Assembly (NCBI GenBank): GCA_038240075.1
Contig: JBBSEC010000004.1
Location: forward strand, 9,674-73,673
DNA length: 64,000 nucleotides
Reading direction: 5' to 3'
Source of the DNA: Acidimicrobiia bacterium
GTDB taxonomy: Bacteria > Actinomycetota > Acidimicrobiia > IMCC26256 > PALSA-610
Part shown: one piece after another, positions 17,537 through 27,588 of the stretch
How positions within the stretch are numbered: the first letter of the stretch is position 1
Layout: each line of letters opens with the position of its first letter
Translations under genes and position numbers: made by a program
Notes under the pieces: generated by a model
What the model was told of the DNA's origin: nothing
What the model saw: the letters and a program-made list of their open reading frames with translations, nothing else
Database searches by the model: none

Positions 17537-19069
17537 TCAGTCTGGGAGCGGCGACGGTTCCATCACGTCGAACAACAGCGGTTTCGCCGGCGGCGCGTCG
17601 AGCGGTACCGCGGCGCGCCGGTGCCAGAGCACGGGCGCGCCGTCGACCGCGCGCGCGAGGACCCAGCGCCGCGTCAGCCGCAGACCGCAGTTCGGAACCG
17701 ATCGGGGCGCGATCTCGAAGTACGCCGGCACGTGTCCGCTGCCGTCGGTGAAGAAGGGTGAGCGCGGCGGAGGGAAGGGAACGGGATCGTCGGCGCGCAG
17801 GTTGGCGAGCCGGTGGGGAACGAAGCGCGCGGGGCCGCTGCCCGCCTCGAGAAGGTACGGAAACCAGGGCTTTTCCATGGGTCCGGTCGGTTGGTAGTCG
17901 AGCGGACCGGTCGGCAGCTTGTCGGCCAATTCGGCGGTGCTCACCGCGATCTCGTCGGCGCCGAGTGGGGGCACAATGCCCGCGACCCGGCGCTCGACAC
18001 CCCACAGCACGTTGGCTTCCTCGTCGACACCGATCGCGACTTCGTCGAAATCGTCGCCGACCAAGGGAGTGGTCGCGAGCACCGCGACGAGCATCGGCGC
18101 CGGCCCGAGGGGGCTCGACGACGGCGCGCTGACGCGTTGGAGCGACCAATCTCCGGGCGGCGCAACTGGATACGAGTGACCGAATCCGTCGATGATCTGC
18201 GCGGTCGGCACGCCGACGACCGTCGCGACGTCGGCAGGCACAGGGAAGACGAACCAGTCGTTGGTGTGCGAGCACACGATGTCGATCAGCAACATCGTCG
18301 CCAGGTGCGCGCGATCGGGTGGGTAGCCCGCGATGTCGACGGAATGATCTTCTATCTGCCACCAGCGCGGCGCGGGCGCGCCGGGGAACGTGAGTCGCGT
18401 AGGCACGGCTCTGACGTCTTGCTGTTCCAGCTGGGCCGGCACTCCGATCATCGTCGCCGACCACCAGTCGAGCTCGCCGCCCCGGTGTCCCTCCACGAGC
18501 ACGCGTCCGCCCCCTGCGGGCCACGATCCGTCGTAGGCCAGCTCGGGCGGGCGCCACATGTTCGAGCGCAGAGCGGGAACATCGGCGAACAGGCTCGCGG
18601 GCAACGCGAGCTCTGCGCGCGCGAGCCAGATCGCGCGGCCGTCGTACTCACCTTCGCGAGTCACGGTCCCGTCGGCTGCCTCGGCGCGGTTGAACCGGTC
18701 GTAGGGCGGGGCGAGATCACGGCAGCGCAACTCGGGGCGATCCCCGACCGCGGCCGCGCTGCGGCGACCGAGCTCGACGCGCCGACGCGGTGTCCACCAG
18801 TCGTCGGGTTCGCCCTCGATCAGCGACTCCGCAGGCACGTTCTCAGGGAGCGCGCCCGGACGCGCGTCGATATTGCTGACGCGCGCGGCAACCACCGTCG
18901 AGACGGCGAGCACCGGCGAAGAGGCGTTCTCGCCCTGGTGCTCGCCGAGCTGCCACTGCCGGCCGAGGAACCACACCGGGTCGGCCGACTCGGCCGCGAA
19001 GCCGCGGTCGAGATCGCCGAGCGGAGCCTGCGGCTCGATGCGCCGCACGACGTCGAAGCGCTGCGTCAT
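17537..19069 (-). CDS. Orphan operon gene 6: 510-aa protein of unknown function
   Basis: ORF 510 aa. Its ATG overlaps the stop of the upstream gene (ATGA at 19066-19069). No signal peptide, TM segment or P-loop seen. Distinctive N-terminal segment WFLGRQWQLGEHQGENASSPV. Confidence 0.75.
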   Translation of the reverse strand: MTQRFDVVRRIEPQAPLGDLDRGFAAESADPVWFLGRQWQLGEHQGENASSPVLAVSTVVAARVSNIDARPGALPENVPAESLIEGEPDDWWTPRRRVELGRRSAAAVGDRPELRCRDLAPPYDRFNRAEAADGTVTREGEYDGRAIWLARAELALPASLFADVPALRSNMWRPPELAYDGSWPAGGGRVLVEGHRGGELDWWSATMIGVPAQLEQQDVRAVPTRLTFPGAPAPRWWQIEDHSVDIAGYPPDRAHLATMLLIDIVCSHTNDWFVFPVPADVATVVGVPTAQIIDGFGHSYPVAPPGDWSLQRVSAPSSSPLGPAPMLVAVLATTPLVGDDFDEVAIGVDEEANVLWGVERRVAGIVPPLGADEIAVSTAELADKLPTGPLDYQPTGPMEKPWFPYLLEAGSGPARFVPHRLANLRADDPVPFPPPRSPFFTDGSGHVPAYFEIAPRSVPNCGLRLTRRWVLARAVDGAPVLWHRRAAVPLDAPPAKPLLFDVMEPSPLPD

Positions 19070-22000
19070 AGCTCGGCCGCCAACGAGAGATCGAGGCCGG
19101 TACGCCTCGCCATCGGCTGCGGTGCGATCGGCGCGCCGGCGGCGAAATCTTCAACTCCGAGTGGTCCCGCCACACGCGCGTGCGCGAGGGCGCGCGTCTC
19201 GATGACGATGTCGACGAGGGTCGGGCCGTCGAGCGGTTGATCGACATCGGGCGGAACTGCCAGCAGCACCGCTTGCGGCGCGCGGGCTGCGGGTGCGTTG
19301 AACCCGACCGCGGCGGTGAGGACCCGATCGCCGGGCGCTTGCTTCGCGCCCGAACGGGACGCGGGAATCGTTTCGACGAAATCATCGGCCAAACCGACCG
19401 CGACCGTGTCGCCGACGGGGCCGGCCGGGTTCGCGAACGCGGCCGGCGGCCCGAACGCGGCGACGAGACGCGTGGCGGGGTCGCCGCCGGCCGGCGCCGC
19501 CGTGATCTGCCACACGTCGCCGGGCCGGTCGAGGCGCCCGGTGAACGGCGTTGCGTCGAGCTGGTACGCATCGATACCCGCGAGCCGTGGTCGTACCGCC
19601 GCAACGATACCCAGCCACTCCTCGAGCTCGGCGCCCGTCGGCGCCTGCAGGGGTGCGAGGGTTGCCGCGGGTCGCCGCGCGAGCACCGGCCACGGCGCGC
19701 CGGGACACGCGAGCGCAACGATGGCGCGCGCGAATCCGCGCGCGTCGAGGCCCGCGGCCTCGGATGGTTCCGGCGTGCCGGCCGGATCCGACGCGGTCGG
19801 TTCGCGCGGCGTGGCGTGCAGCCGCTCGCCGAGCGCGTCGATCGCGCGCGCCATCACCGAGTCGGGTGATTCGCCGGGCGCGGGTGTGGGTGTGACACCC
19901 CACGGTCGCAGGCTCACGAGCAACGCAACCGCGTCGGCCCCCGGCACCTGCGCCGCGACGCGCAGGGCCTTCGCCGATTCGCGCAGCCGTCGGTAACGCG
20001 CCAGCAGCTCGTCGAGCGGAACGTCGCCGGCGTCGGCATCCGCGTCGCCGACCCACGGGTCGCCGCGCAGCGCGAGCAGGATGCCCGCACCGGTGTCGAG
20101 CGCGCTCGGCCGCGTCGTCACTGCGGTGCCACTCACGGAGTCGATCACCATCTGGTCGAGCGCGGCGGTGCCCAAGGCAATCGCGTCGGCCGGTTGCAAG
20201 CCGAGGTCGGCGAGCGTCACCGGGAGATCGCCCGACCCGGTCGACGCCGTCCACGTCCACGGCACAGCGCCGAGGGCGGTGTCGAGGTGGTCGGCGACGG
20301 CGGCGTCGGCCAACGCGGCCGGTCGTGTCACTGCCGCCGGATCCGAGAACGGCAGCGCCACGAGCACGGTCGTACGCGCCGCGCGTCCCGGACGCGGCGA
20401 ACGAACGACATCGAGATCGGGAGGCAGAGCCAGACCGGCCGCCGCTTCCATCGAACGCCGGGCCGCGTCCGGGCGGCCGAGGATCACCTGGTGCACTCCG
20501 TCGGCGACGAGCAGATCGCTGTAGGCGTCGACAACGAGTTGCAGCCCGAGGATCTGGTCCCGTTCCGCCGCTGTGAACATCGAGAGATCGGCGCCCGGCT
20601 CGAGCATCGCGAGTCCGTCGCAGACGCGGCGTTGCTGCGCGTCGTTCCCGAGCGGGAACTGCTTGCGTGCGAGGTCGATCCGATCGCGGCGGTCGAGAAT
20701 CGCCTCGACGCGGCGCCCGAGTGCCTCACCGGGATGCACGCCGAGGCGCACGTCGTCGGCGAGGCGAACCGCGGCGGCGGTCGTCGCGGAGTCGAGATGC
20801 ATCTGCCACCGCGCGTCGGGATCGTGGATGGCCTTGTCGCGGAGCACGGCCATCGTGCGCGCTTGCGCGTCGGAAGTCGCGAGCAGCAACCCCGCGGGCG
20901 TCGGTCCCGGTGTACCGACGAGTGGTCCGTCGACCCAACCGTAGATACCCGACGCGCTCGGCGCGCCGAGGCGGCGCATGTCGAGGAGCCGTCGCCACGC
21001 GATACCCGTGACCCATGGGTCGATGCGGTGCGACGCGGTGTCGAGCAACGCGCGAAACGCGAGCTCGAGGTCGGGAGGGTTGTCCGCGGCGATCGACGCG
21101 ACGGCCTTGACGGTCATGTCGCGTGCGTTGCCCGCCGGCCCGCCTGCACCGGCACCACCGCCGAAGATCAGATCTTCGAGCACCGTTCGCGGCAGCACGC
21201 CGTCGACATCGTTCACGACAACCGGGTCGAGCACGGTTCCCGGCCCCGCGCCGATCGCCGCGTGACCAACTGCGACGAGCAGCGAACGCACGATGAGCCG
21301 AATGAGCAGTGAGTCGGGTGTGTCGTACCGCTCGCTGAGGTTCGGCATTCGGAACGGCTGGAACAGCTCCAACGGCTGGAGGAACTCGCCCCACTGTTCG
21401 TGCTCCGCGACCTCGGTGATCCGATCGAGCATCTTGGCGACGAGGTTCGGTTCGCCCTTCGGGTTCCACATCACGGGATCGACGAGCGCGATCTCGAGCG
21501 GTCCGGTGTCGCTGATCGCGAAGTAGGGCCGGCCGGGCATGCCGACGAGATCGACGAGCGCGCGTGCTTGATCGCGCCACCACTCGTCGAGTTTCGCCGG
21601 TTGATTCACGAATCGTTCGGCCAGCTCGAGCGGCCACAACCACCGGACCCCGAAGCGGTCGCTCCACGGAACGTCGCCCAGCAGGTCGAGCCAGCGGCGC
21701 GCGTCGGCCGCGGTGGTCGTGCCGCGCGCCTCGGCTGCGCTCGCAGCCGCGGCTCGCAGCCTTTGCAGCGGTGCCGTGAGCATCGCTTCGACGGCCGGAT
21801 CGCCGGGCGCGGCCTGCCATCGCGCCAGCGCGGTCGCGGGGAGGATCCCGTAGGGCTGGTCGCCGACGCGCACCGCGGGCAACGGCCCGAGGGGCCGCAG
21901 GTTGTCGGCCGCCCACGCGCCGGCTTCGTGCACGGCATCGGGATTCCAGTTCCACAGATCGATCGCGGCGAAGCCCCAGAGTGCGGGCCACAGCGCGGCG

Positions 22001-22842
22001 ACCAATGCACCATCGGGTGTCGCGCCACGCTCGCCGCCGAGGATCGGGCCCACACCGTCGGTTGCGCCCGTGAGTGCGAAGCCGAGCTGACCGGCCACGC
22101 CGGCGTCGGGCGCTTCGTCGACGATCGCGCGCCACTGCGCGCCGGTGCCGGTGAGGTCGACGGTGGGCGCGCCCGCGACGGTGTTGGTCGCGGTCGCGGC
22201 GTCGAGCACCGCGAGCCGGCCCGCGTCGCGATGCGCTGCGAACAACGGAGCGGGGTCGACGCCTTCGTCGATCCCGACGACGATCAACGCCTCGATCGCG
22301 CTGGTGGGATCGAGCTGATCGAGATCGATCTCCGCCCCGAGCCCGACGGCGAGCGCGCGTTTCCACGACGTCGACCAACGATCTTCGACCTTCAGGGTCG
22401 GGTCGATGGTGAGCTCGTCGACGAGCACCGATTGCTCGTGCAAGAGTTGCGGCACGCCGCCGACGAGCGCCCACACCTGATAGGCGCTCGGGAAGCTCGA
22501 CACGGTCGCGAAGCCGGGAGCGGCGTCGGGCGTGGTGCCGCCGTGCACACGTCGAGGTGCGGTGCTGCGATCGAAGCCCGACGGAAACGCGCGAACGAGC
22601 CACGCGGCGCGGGCGCCGCCGAATCGCTGCGCGAGGATGGCGAAGCCCTCGTCGAAACCGGCCGGGCCGGCGCTCCACAACGCTTCGAGCGCGTCGAGCT
22701 CGTCGTCGGTGACGCGCGGATCGTGCCGGTCGATCTGTACCTCGTCGGGAACGACGCGCAGCAGGAGGAGCCAACGCCCGTCGACGTAGTCGGCGACCGT
22801 CTCGAGGCGAACGGGGCAGAGAACTCCGATCGGCGGGCTCAC
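19066..22842 (-). CDS. Orphan operon gene 5: 1258-aa protein of unknown function
   Basis: ORF 1258 aa. Its GTG start overlaps the upstream stop (GTGA at 22839-22842). Composition is coding-like (Asp/Leu/Ala/Trp-rich rather than Arg-rich). No recognised domain. Confidence 0.8.
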   Translation of the reverse strand: MSPPIGVLCPVRLETVADYVDGRWLLLLRVVPDEVQIDRHDPRVTDDELDALEALWSAGPAGFDEGFAILAQRFGGARAAWLVRAFPSGFDRSTAPRRVHGGTTPDAAPGFATVSSFPSAYQVWALVGGVPQLLHEQSVLVDELTIDPTLKVEDRWSTSWKRALAVGLGAEIDLDQLDPTSAIEALIVVGIDEGVDPAPLFAAHRDAGRLAVLDAATATNTVAGAPTVDLTGTGAQWRAIVDEAPDAGVAGQLGFALTGATDGVGPILGGERGATPDGALVAALWPALWGFAAIDLWNWNPDAVHEAGAWAADNLRPLGPLPAVRVGDQPYGILPATALARWQAAPGDPAVEAMLTAPLQRLRAAAASAAEARGTTTAADARRWLDLLGDVPWSDRFGVRWLWPLELAERFVNQPAKLDEWWRDQARALVDLVGMPGRPYFAISDTGPLEIALVDPVMWNPKGEPNLVAKMLDRITEVAEHEQWGEFLQPLELFQPFRMPNLSERYDTPDSLLIRLIVRSLLVAVGHAAIGAGPGTVLDPVVVNDVDGVLPRTVLEDLIFGGGAGAGGPAGNARDMTVKAVASIAADNPPDLELAFRALLDTASHRIDPWVTGIAWRRLLDMRRLGAPSASGIYGWVDGPLVGTPGPTPAGLLLATSDAQARTMAVLRDKAIHDPDARWQMHLDSATTAAAVRLADDVRLGVHPGEALGRRVEAILDRRDRIDLARKQFPLGNDAQQRRVCDGLAMLEPGADLSMFTAAERDQILGLQLVVDAYSDLLVADGVHQVILGRPDAARRSMEAAAGLALPPDLDVVRSPRPGRAARTTVLVALPFSDPAAVTRPAALADAAVADHLDTALGAVPWTWTASTGSGDLPVTLADLGLQPADAIALGTAALDQMVIDSVSGTAVTTRPSALDTGAGILLALRGDPWVGDADADAGDVPLDELLARYRRLRESAKALRVAAQVPGADAVALLVSLRPWGVTPTPAPGESPDSVMARAIDALGERLHATPREPTASDPAGTPEPSEAAGLDARGFARAIVALACPGAPWPVLARRPAATLAPLQAPTGAELEEWLGIVAAVRPRLAGIDAYQLDATPFTGRLDRPGDVWQITAAPAGGDPATRLVAAFGPPAAFANPAGPVGDTVAVGLADDFVETIPASRSGAKQAPGDRVLTAAVGFNAPAARAPQAVLLAVPPDVDQPLDGPTLVDIVIETRALAHARVAGPLGVEDFAAGAPIAPQPMARRTGLDLSLAAEL

Positions 22843-25238
22843 GGCGCGGAACCCATCAATGCCGCGCCGCTCAGGAATACGCGTACCGGTGAGATGAACT
22901 TGACCTGCGCGTACACGCCGCCGTCGGGATCGACCGCAACCGGATCATCGACGCCGAACTGGTAGCCGTGCGGTACCTGCTCGATCACGACCCAGTACTC
23001 GTCGGCGACGGCCGGTGTGATCGGGAAGCCAAAGAACGGGAGGTCGCGTTCGACCTCGCCGACGAGCACGGGCAGGACGCGCAGGGCGGGCGTCGGATCG
23101 GGCGGAGGGTCCGAGAACGCGGGGTCGTGCACGAGGTAGATCAACGTGTCGGGGTACCGCCGGAACAGTTGGGTCCGGAGGACCACGACGAACTCGCTGC
23201 TGGGCGCGTCGGCCGGCAGGTGCTCACCGAGACTCGACCCCGCGTCCCAAGCGGCGATCCCGACGATGTCGTCGTGCGCGGTGCCGGCGTCGGGATGCAC
23301 GAGATCCCAGAACCGCCGTACCGGCGTGCAACCGGTTCGCACCGGGACGTTGCGCCATCGCAATTCGCCGACGAGTTGCTGGTTGAGGCCGACGAGAAAC
23401 GCGTCGACGAAGACGGGGTTCGTGCTCAGACCGGTGACGTGATCCGGTTGCAGGACCTCGGCGCCGGGAAGCAACCACCGCTTCGCGTGATCGCGCAGGA
23501 AGCGCCACGCCGGCACGTCGATGTCTGCGCACGGCTCCGGCGGCGCGAGCAGCGGTGCTTCGAGCCCTTCGATCGGACCGAGCACGCGCGTGCGCGCCGG
23601 GGCATCGTCACTCGTCGGGTCGACGGCGGCGTCGAGGACTCCGACCAGCGCGCCGATATCGAGCGGTTGGCATTCGTGTCGCGGCGGTCCCGGCACGCGG
23701 CCTGCGATGTCGACGAGGCTCTCGTTGTCGATCCCCTCGGCCTGCAACCGGCCTTCGCGCGCGAGGTCGAGAAACGACCGCCCGTCGCCGCGGCCCTGCT
23801 CGGCGAGCACCCGGCCGGCGCCGTCGCCGTCCGGAAGTCCGCCCGGCGGTTTCGGTGCCTCGGGGCAGCGGTTCGCGGCATCGACCAGGTCGACTTCGCT
23901 GAGCGTGCTCCCGTGCGGCCGCCGGCCGGTCGAGGGCCGCATCGCGCGCCGGGCCGCACCGGAGAAGAACGCGGCCGAGAACGGCCGGCTCGCGGTCGTG
24001 AGCAGCTCGAGCACGGTGTGGTCGCCCTCGGCAACCATGCCGGCGAGCGACGGACCGTAGAGCAGGAGCCGCCGTTCGGGCGCCACGGGCATGCGTCGAC
24101 GCCAGAGCGACGACGACGCGGCCAAGCCCAACGCGAGGCTCCGCACCCGTTGCGCGACGGGGAGAATCGCGCCCCACTTGCGGCGCGCGCTGTCGAGCAG
24201 GAGGTCTTGCTCGCGAACCGCGCACCACGCGCCGAGGCCCGCAACGCCACGGCGGCGCGGATCGTCGTCGAGCTCCGCCTCCCACGTCGGCACCGGTGCC
24301 TTCGGATCGACCCACAGGTCGCCGTAGGTCGGGAGTCCGAGCACCGGTGGTCGCAGCGGAAGGGACCCAACCGCGCGTCGGAGCGCGAGATCAGCAGCGA
24401 TATCCGGCGCGATCGCGCCGTCGGCCGCGGGTACCGGGTCGCTGGTGGTGAGCGCACCGCGGATCGCGAGATCGTGACCGGGCTGCGCGCGGTACGACAG
24501 ATCGACGACGCCGAGCCCCGCGGGATCCTGCGGCTCGAGCGCGGCGGCCATCGTCTTGAAGTCGAGGAGGTCGGTGGCGGTCGAGAACGACCAGCGGTGG
24601 TAGCAGGGCAACGTGACCGGATCGCCCGGGTTCTGTGGCCACGCCGGCGCGCCGGCCGCGTTGAACGCGGGCACGAGCACCGCGGTCCACTTCCAGACCT
24701 GCCCGGCCGGCGTCTTCTCGAGCGGTCGCACCGACAACACGCGCGCGAGTGGTGGCGACACTCCGTCGTCCTGCATGTGCGCCCACCGACTCGACCGCGA
24801 AAGGTCATAGAGCTTCATGAGATCGGGGCTCAACGTCACGAGCCCCGACGGGAGCACCGTCAGCTCACCGTCGGCTTCGGTGCCGACCACGAGCACGAGC
24901 CACGGGCGCACACCGCCACCGGGCTCGTTGCCGACCGGCGTGTACCGCCACGGCAGCTCGGCGGGAACCAGCTCGATGTACGGGCTGTGCCGCTCCTCGA
25001 ATCCCACTGCGCCCGGTTGGGGCATCACCGTGCGGATCGCGTTGGCACCCAAGCCCGCGATGTCGCCGGGACCGAGCAACTCCAGCGGGACGGCAGCCGA
25101 CGCGGTTCCCGTTCCGCCGTCGAGTTGGTGCACCGTCGCTCCGACCGTGACCGTCGTCGCCAGCCGCCCCAACGGCGTGAGCGTTCCCGACTGCGCGACG
25201 GCCGGCCGTCGCCAACCTTGGAAGTTGATGTCGCTCAT
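22839..25238 (-). CDS. Orphan operon gene 4: 799-aa protein of unknown function
   Basis: ORF 22839..25385 trimmed to the ATG at MSDINFQGWRRPAV, 19 nt after the upstream stop and preceded by GGTGGA. Contains an LPWRYTP segment. No recognised domain. Confidence 0.75.
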   Translation of the reverse strand: MSDINFQGWRRPAVAQSGTLTPLGRLATTVTVGATVHQLDGGTGTASAAVPLELLGPGDIAGLGANAIRTVMPQPGAVGFEERHSPYIELVPAELPWRYTPVGNEPGGGVRPWLVLVVGTEADGELTVLPSGLVTLSPDLMKLYDLSRSSRWAHMQDDGVSPPLARVLSVRPLEKTPAGQVWKWTAVLVPAFNAAGAPAWPQNPGDPVTLPCYHRWSFSTATDLLDFKTMAAALEPQDPAGLGVVDLSYRAQPGHDLAIRGALTTSDPVPAADGAIAPDIAADLALRRAVGSLPLRPPVLGLPTYGDLWVDPKAPVPTWEAELDDDPRRRGVAGLGAWCAVREQDLLLDSARRKWGAILPVAQRVRSLALGLAASSSLWRRRMPVAPERRLLLYGPSLAGMVAEGDHTVLELLTTASRPFSAAFFSGAARRAMRPSTGRRPHGSTLSEVDLVDAANRCPEAPKPPGGLPDGDGAGRVLAEQGRGDGRSFLDLAREGRLQAEGIDNESLVDIAGRVPGPPRHECQPLDIGALVGVLDAAVDPTSDDAPARTRVLGPIEGLEAPLLAPPEPCADIDVPAWRFLRDHAKRWLLPGAEVLQPDHVTGLSTNPVFVDAFLVGLNQQLVGELRWRNVPVRTGCTPVRRFWDLVHPDAGTAHDDIVGIAAWDAGSSLGEHLPADAPSSEFVVVLRTQLFRRYPDTLIYLVHDPAFSDPPPDPTPALRVLPVLVGEVERDLPFFGFPITPAVADEYWVVIEQVPHGYQFGVDDPVAVDPDGGVYAQVKFISPVRVFLSGAALMGSAP

Positions 25239-25257
25239 CGGTTCCACCGCCGTTGCG

Positions 25258-27588
25258 TCACAGCACTCCTCCGAGCGCGACGCGGTCGTCGACCCGCGCG
25301 GCCGCGAGCGGTTGTGCAGGTGACGACAACGCGACCTGCGTGTGCGCCTCGGTCTCGCTCGAGACGGATTGCGCAGTCCCACCACCGGCCACCGACCACG
25401 CCTTCTCCTTGGCCCGGTCGATCGTGAGTACAGCGTCGTCGTTCGTGAGCGTCGGCGCGCCGGCCCGTCCGGCGAGGCGCGACGCCAACAGGCTCCCGAA
25501 CGCGAGCAGCGCGTGCGATCCGAGCGCCGTCAGCGACTTGTCGTCTTCGCGTCGCACGTACACCTCGAAGTCGCTCGACTTCGCTACCACCGGTCCCATC
25601 GCCGGCACGAGCGCGAGCACGCTTCCGCCCGGGAGCTCGGCGAACGAAGGCTGGTTGAGGCTCTCGGCCGCGGTGAGGTGCCGGAACGAAGCCGGGCTGA
25701 ACCACTCGTCGCTCGCGCCGGTCTGGTTGAGCGTTCCCGACGGCGCGTCGAAGCTGAGCTGGCCCGCGTCGCTCGCGGGCGCGCCCCGCAACTCCATGAT
25801 CGTCGTGTCGAACGGGAGCACCGACTGACTCCATTGCAACGTACCAGTCGGCGCGACCAACGCAACCTGCGGCGCGTCGGCGAGCCCGGAGCGTGGGGCC
25901 ATCTTCACCGCGGGATCGGTCACGTCGACGCCGCGCAGATTGGCGGGGCGGTCGAGCTGCTCCTTGATGATGTCGTGCAACGAAACCGGCGGCGGTCCCT
26001 GATCGACGGAGTCGCCGATGGTGAACGTCTCGCCCCACGACACCGACAGGAACAGGATGTCGACTTCGAGCGACGCGCTGATCGACAAGGGGCCGGGGCC
26101 GGAGATCGTTCCCGAAACGGTGATCGATGCGAGGTCGACACCGTCGAAGCGCACCGCGAAACCGGCGCTGTAGTCGACCTCGAAGTGGAACGGGCGGAAC
26201 GTCGCGATCGCGTCGAGCGCGACGAAGCCGGCCGCCTCGACCGGTCCGGCCGAGATGCCCGCCTCGAGCCGGCCGCCGAACTGCAGGGTGTTGGTCGTAA
26301 CGGCGAAGTAGCCCTCGGCGCGGATCGTCACGCCGGGAACGGGGCTGTCGAGCGTGATCGCGAGCCGCGCCAACGCCCGCCCGATGCTCGGCTCGGGTGT
26401 GAAGCCGGGGAAGAAGCCGCCGATCGAGAGCAGCATGTACGGCCGGTCGCCCCAGCTGAGCCGGAAGGCGGCGTCGCCGGTGATGCGCAGCACGCCGAGC
26501 ACGGAGGAGTTGACGAGCGAGGCGTCGATGCTCACGAGCGCGGCGACGAAATCGATCACGCCGAGCACGTCGAGCTCGAGGTGCACGAGGTTGATTGGTC
26601 CCGGCGGAAGCGCGATGACGAGTCGTCCGACCAGCACGATGCGGCGCGGGCCCGGCAGCTCGATCAGCAGACCCAGATCCGCCTGCGCAATTGCCGGTCC
26701 CGTGGGCGAGAGCTGTCCCCACGTGAGCTCGAACGTCGGCCCGAACACCGCGCTGCCGTCGCGCGGCGGAAAGAGCTCTCCGAGCGAGGCGAGGATCGAC
26801 GGCGCCTTCGCGACGGGATCGTCGGGGAAGAGCGCGTCGGTGACACTGCCGTCGGAGAGCTTGCGGCGCGCAGCGTCGACATCGATGGTGCGATTGATGC
26901 CGACGAGCCCGCCGATCGCGCCGATCGCGAAGCCGAAGCTGAGCTGGATGCCGGGGAAGAAGCGCGCACCGAGCAACACGAGCACCGAGAGGTCGCCGGA
27001 AACGTGCTCGATGATGCCGAACGCGTGCACGTCGACGATCCCGAGCTTCAGCTCGAGCACACCCGACAGTCGATCGCCCTGCGCGGCGAGGTAGCCGCCG
27101 CCGCCCATCGGCGCGAGGTCGAGATCGAGGCCGACCGAGCCGAGTGACGCGTAGCCGAGGAACACCGGCGGGGGCGCGCCGGCGACGATCGCAGGAAACG
27201 CGGCGTCGACCGGCGGCACCTGCACGCGCAGGAGCAGCGGTCCGAGGTTCACCTGCTCGTCGATGCCGTTCGCGCCGACGCTGCCGAGCAGCTCGCGCAG
27301 CCCCGGAATCGGGAGCATGTCGAGCATCGGCTTCAGGAGCCCGGCAAGATCCGCGCCCGCCACGGCCTGGAGCGCCGTGGCCCAATCGCCCGCCGCCGCG
27401 TTGTACGCGGTGATCGCGGCGTTCAGCGCAGGCCCCGCAACGGGCGGCTGCGGCAGGGCGATGACATCTCCCATCGCGGCGACAAGCTCGTCGCGTGCCG
27501 TCGTGAGCTGCGTTCGTATCGGCCCGGCGGGGACGAGGTTCTCGGCGATGCCCGACATCGTCTGGACGAGAGGGCGCGGGTCGGTCAT
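25258..27588 (-). CDS. Orphan operon gene 3: 776-aa Gly/hydrophobic-rich, strand-like protein of unknown function
   Basis: ORF 25258..27924 trimmed to the ATG at MTDPRPLVQTMSGIAE, which overlaps the upstream stop by 1 nt (TGATG). Motifs FGFAIGAIGGLVGINRT and LLSIGGFFPGFTP. The alternate-frame ORF 25235..27817 is Arg/Ser-rich shadow. Confidence 0.75.
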   Translation of the reverse strand: MTDPRPLVQTMSGIAENLVPAGPIRTQLTTARDELVAAMGDVIALPQPPVAGPALNAAITAYNAAAGDWATALQAVAGADLAGLLKPMLDMLPIPGLRELLGSVGANGIDEQVNLGPLLLRVQVPPVDAAFPAIVAGAPPPVFLGYASLGSVGLDLDLAPMGGGGYLAAQGDRLSGVLELKLGIVDVHAFGIIEHVSGDLSVLVLLGARFFPGIQLSFGFAIGAIGGLVGINRTIDVDAARRKLSDGSVTDALFPDDPVAKAPSILASLGELFPPRDGSAVFGPTFELTWGQLSPTGPAIAQADLGLLIELPGPRRIVLVGRLVIALPPGPINLVHLELDVLGVIDFVAALVSIDASLVNSSVLGVLRITGDAAFRLSWGDRPYMLLSIGGFFPGFTPEPSIGRALARLAITLDSPVPGVTIRAEGYFAVTTNTLQFGGRLEAGISAGPVEAAGFVALDAIATFRPFHFEVDYSAGFAVRFDGVDLASITVSGTISGPGPLSISASLEVDILFLSVSWGETFTIGDSVDQGPPPVSLHDIIKEQLDRPANLRGVDVTDPAVKMAPRSGLADAPQVALVAPTGTLQWSQSVLPFDTTIMELRGAPASDAGQLSFDAPSGTLNQTGASDEWFSPASFRHLTAAESLNQPSFAELPGGSVLALVPAMGPVVAKSSDFEVYVRREDDKSLTALGSHALLAFGSLLASRLAGRAGAPTLTNDDAVLTIDRAKEKAWSVAGGGTAQSVSSETEAHTQVALSSPAQPLAAARVDDRVALGGVL

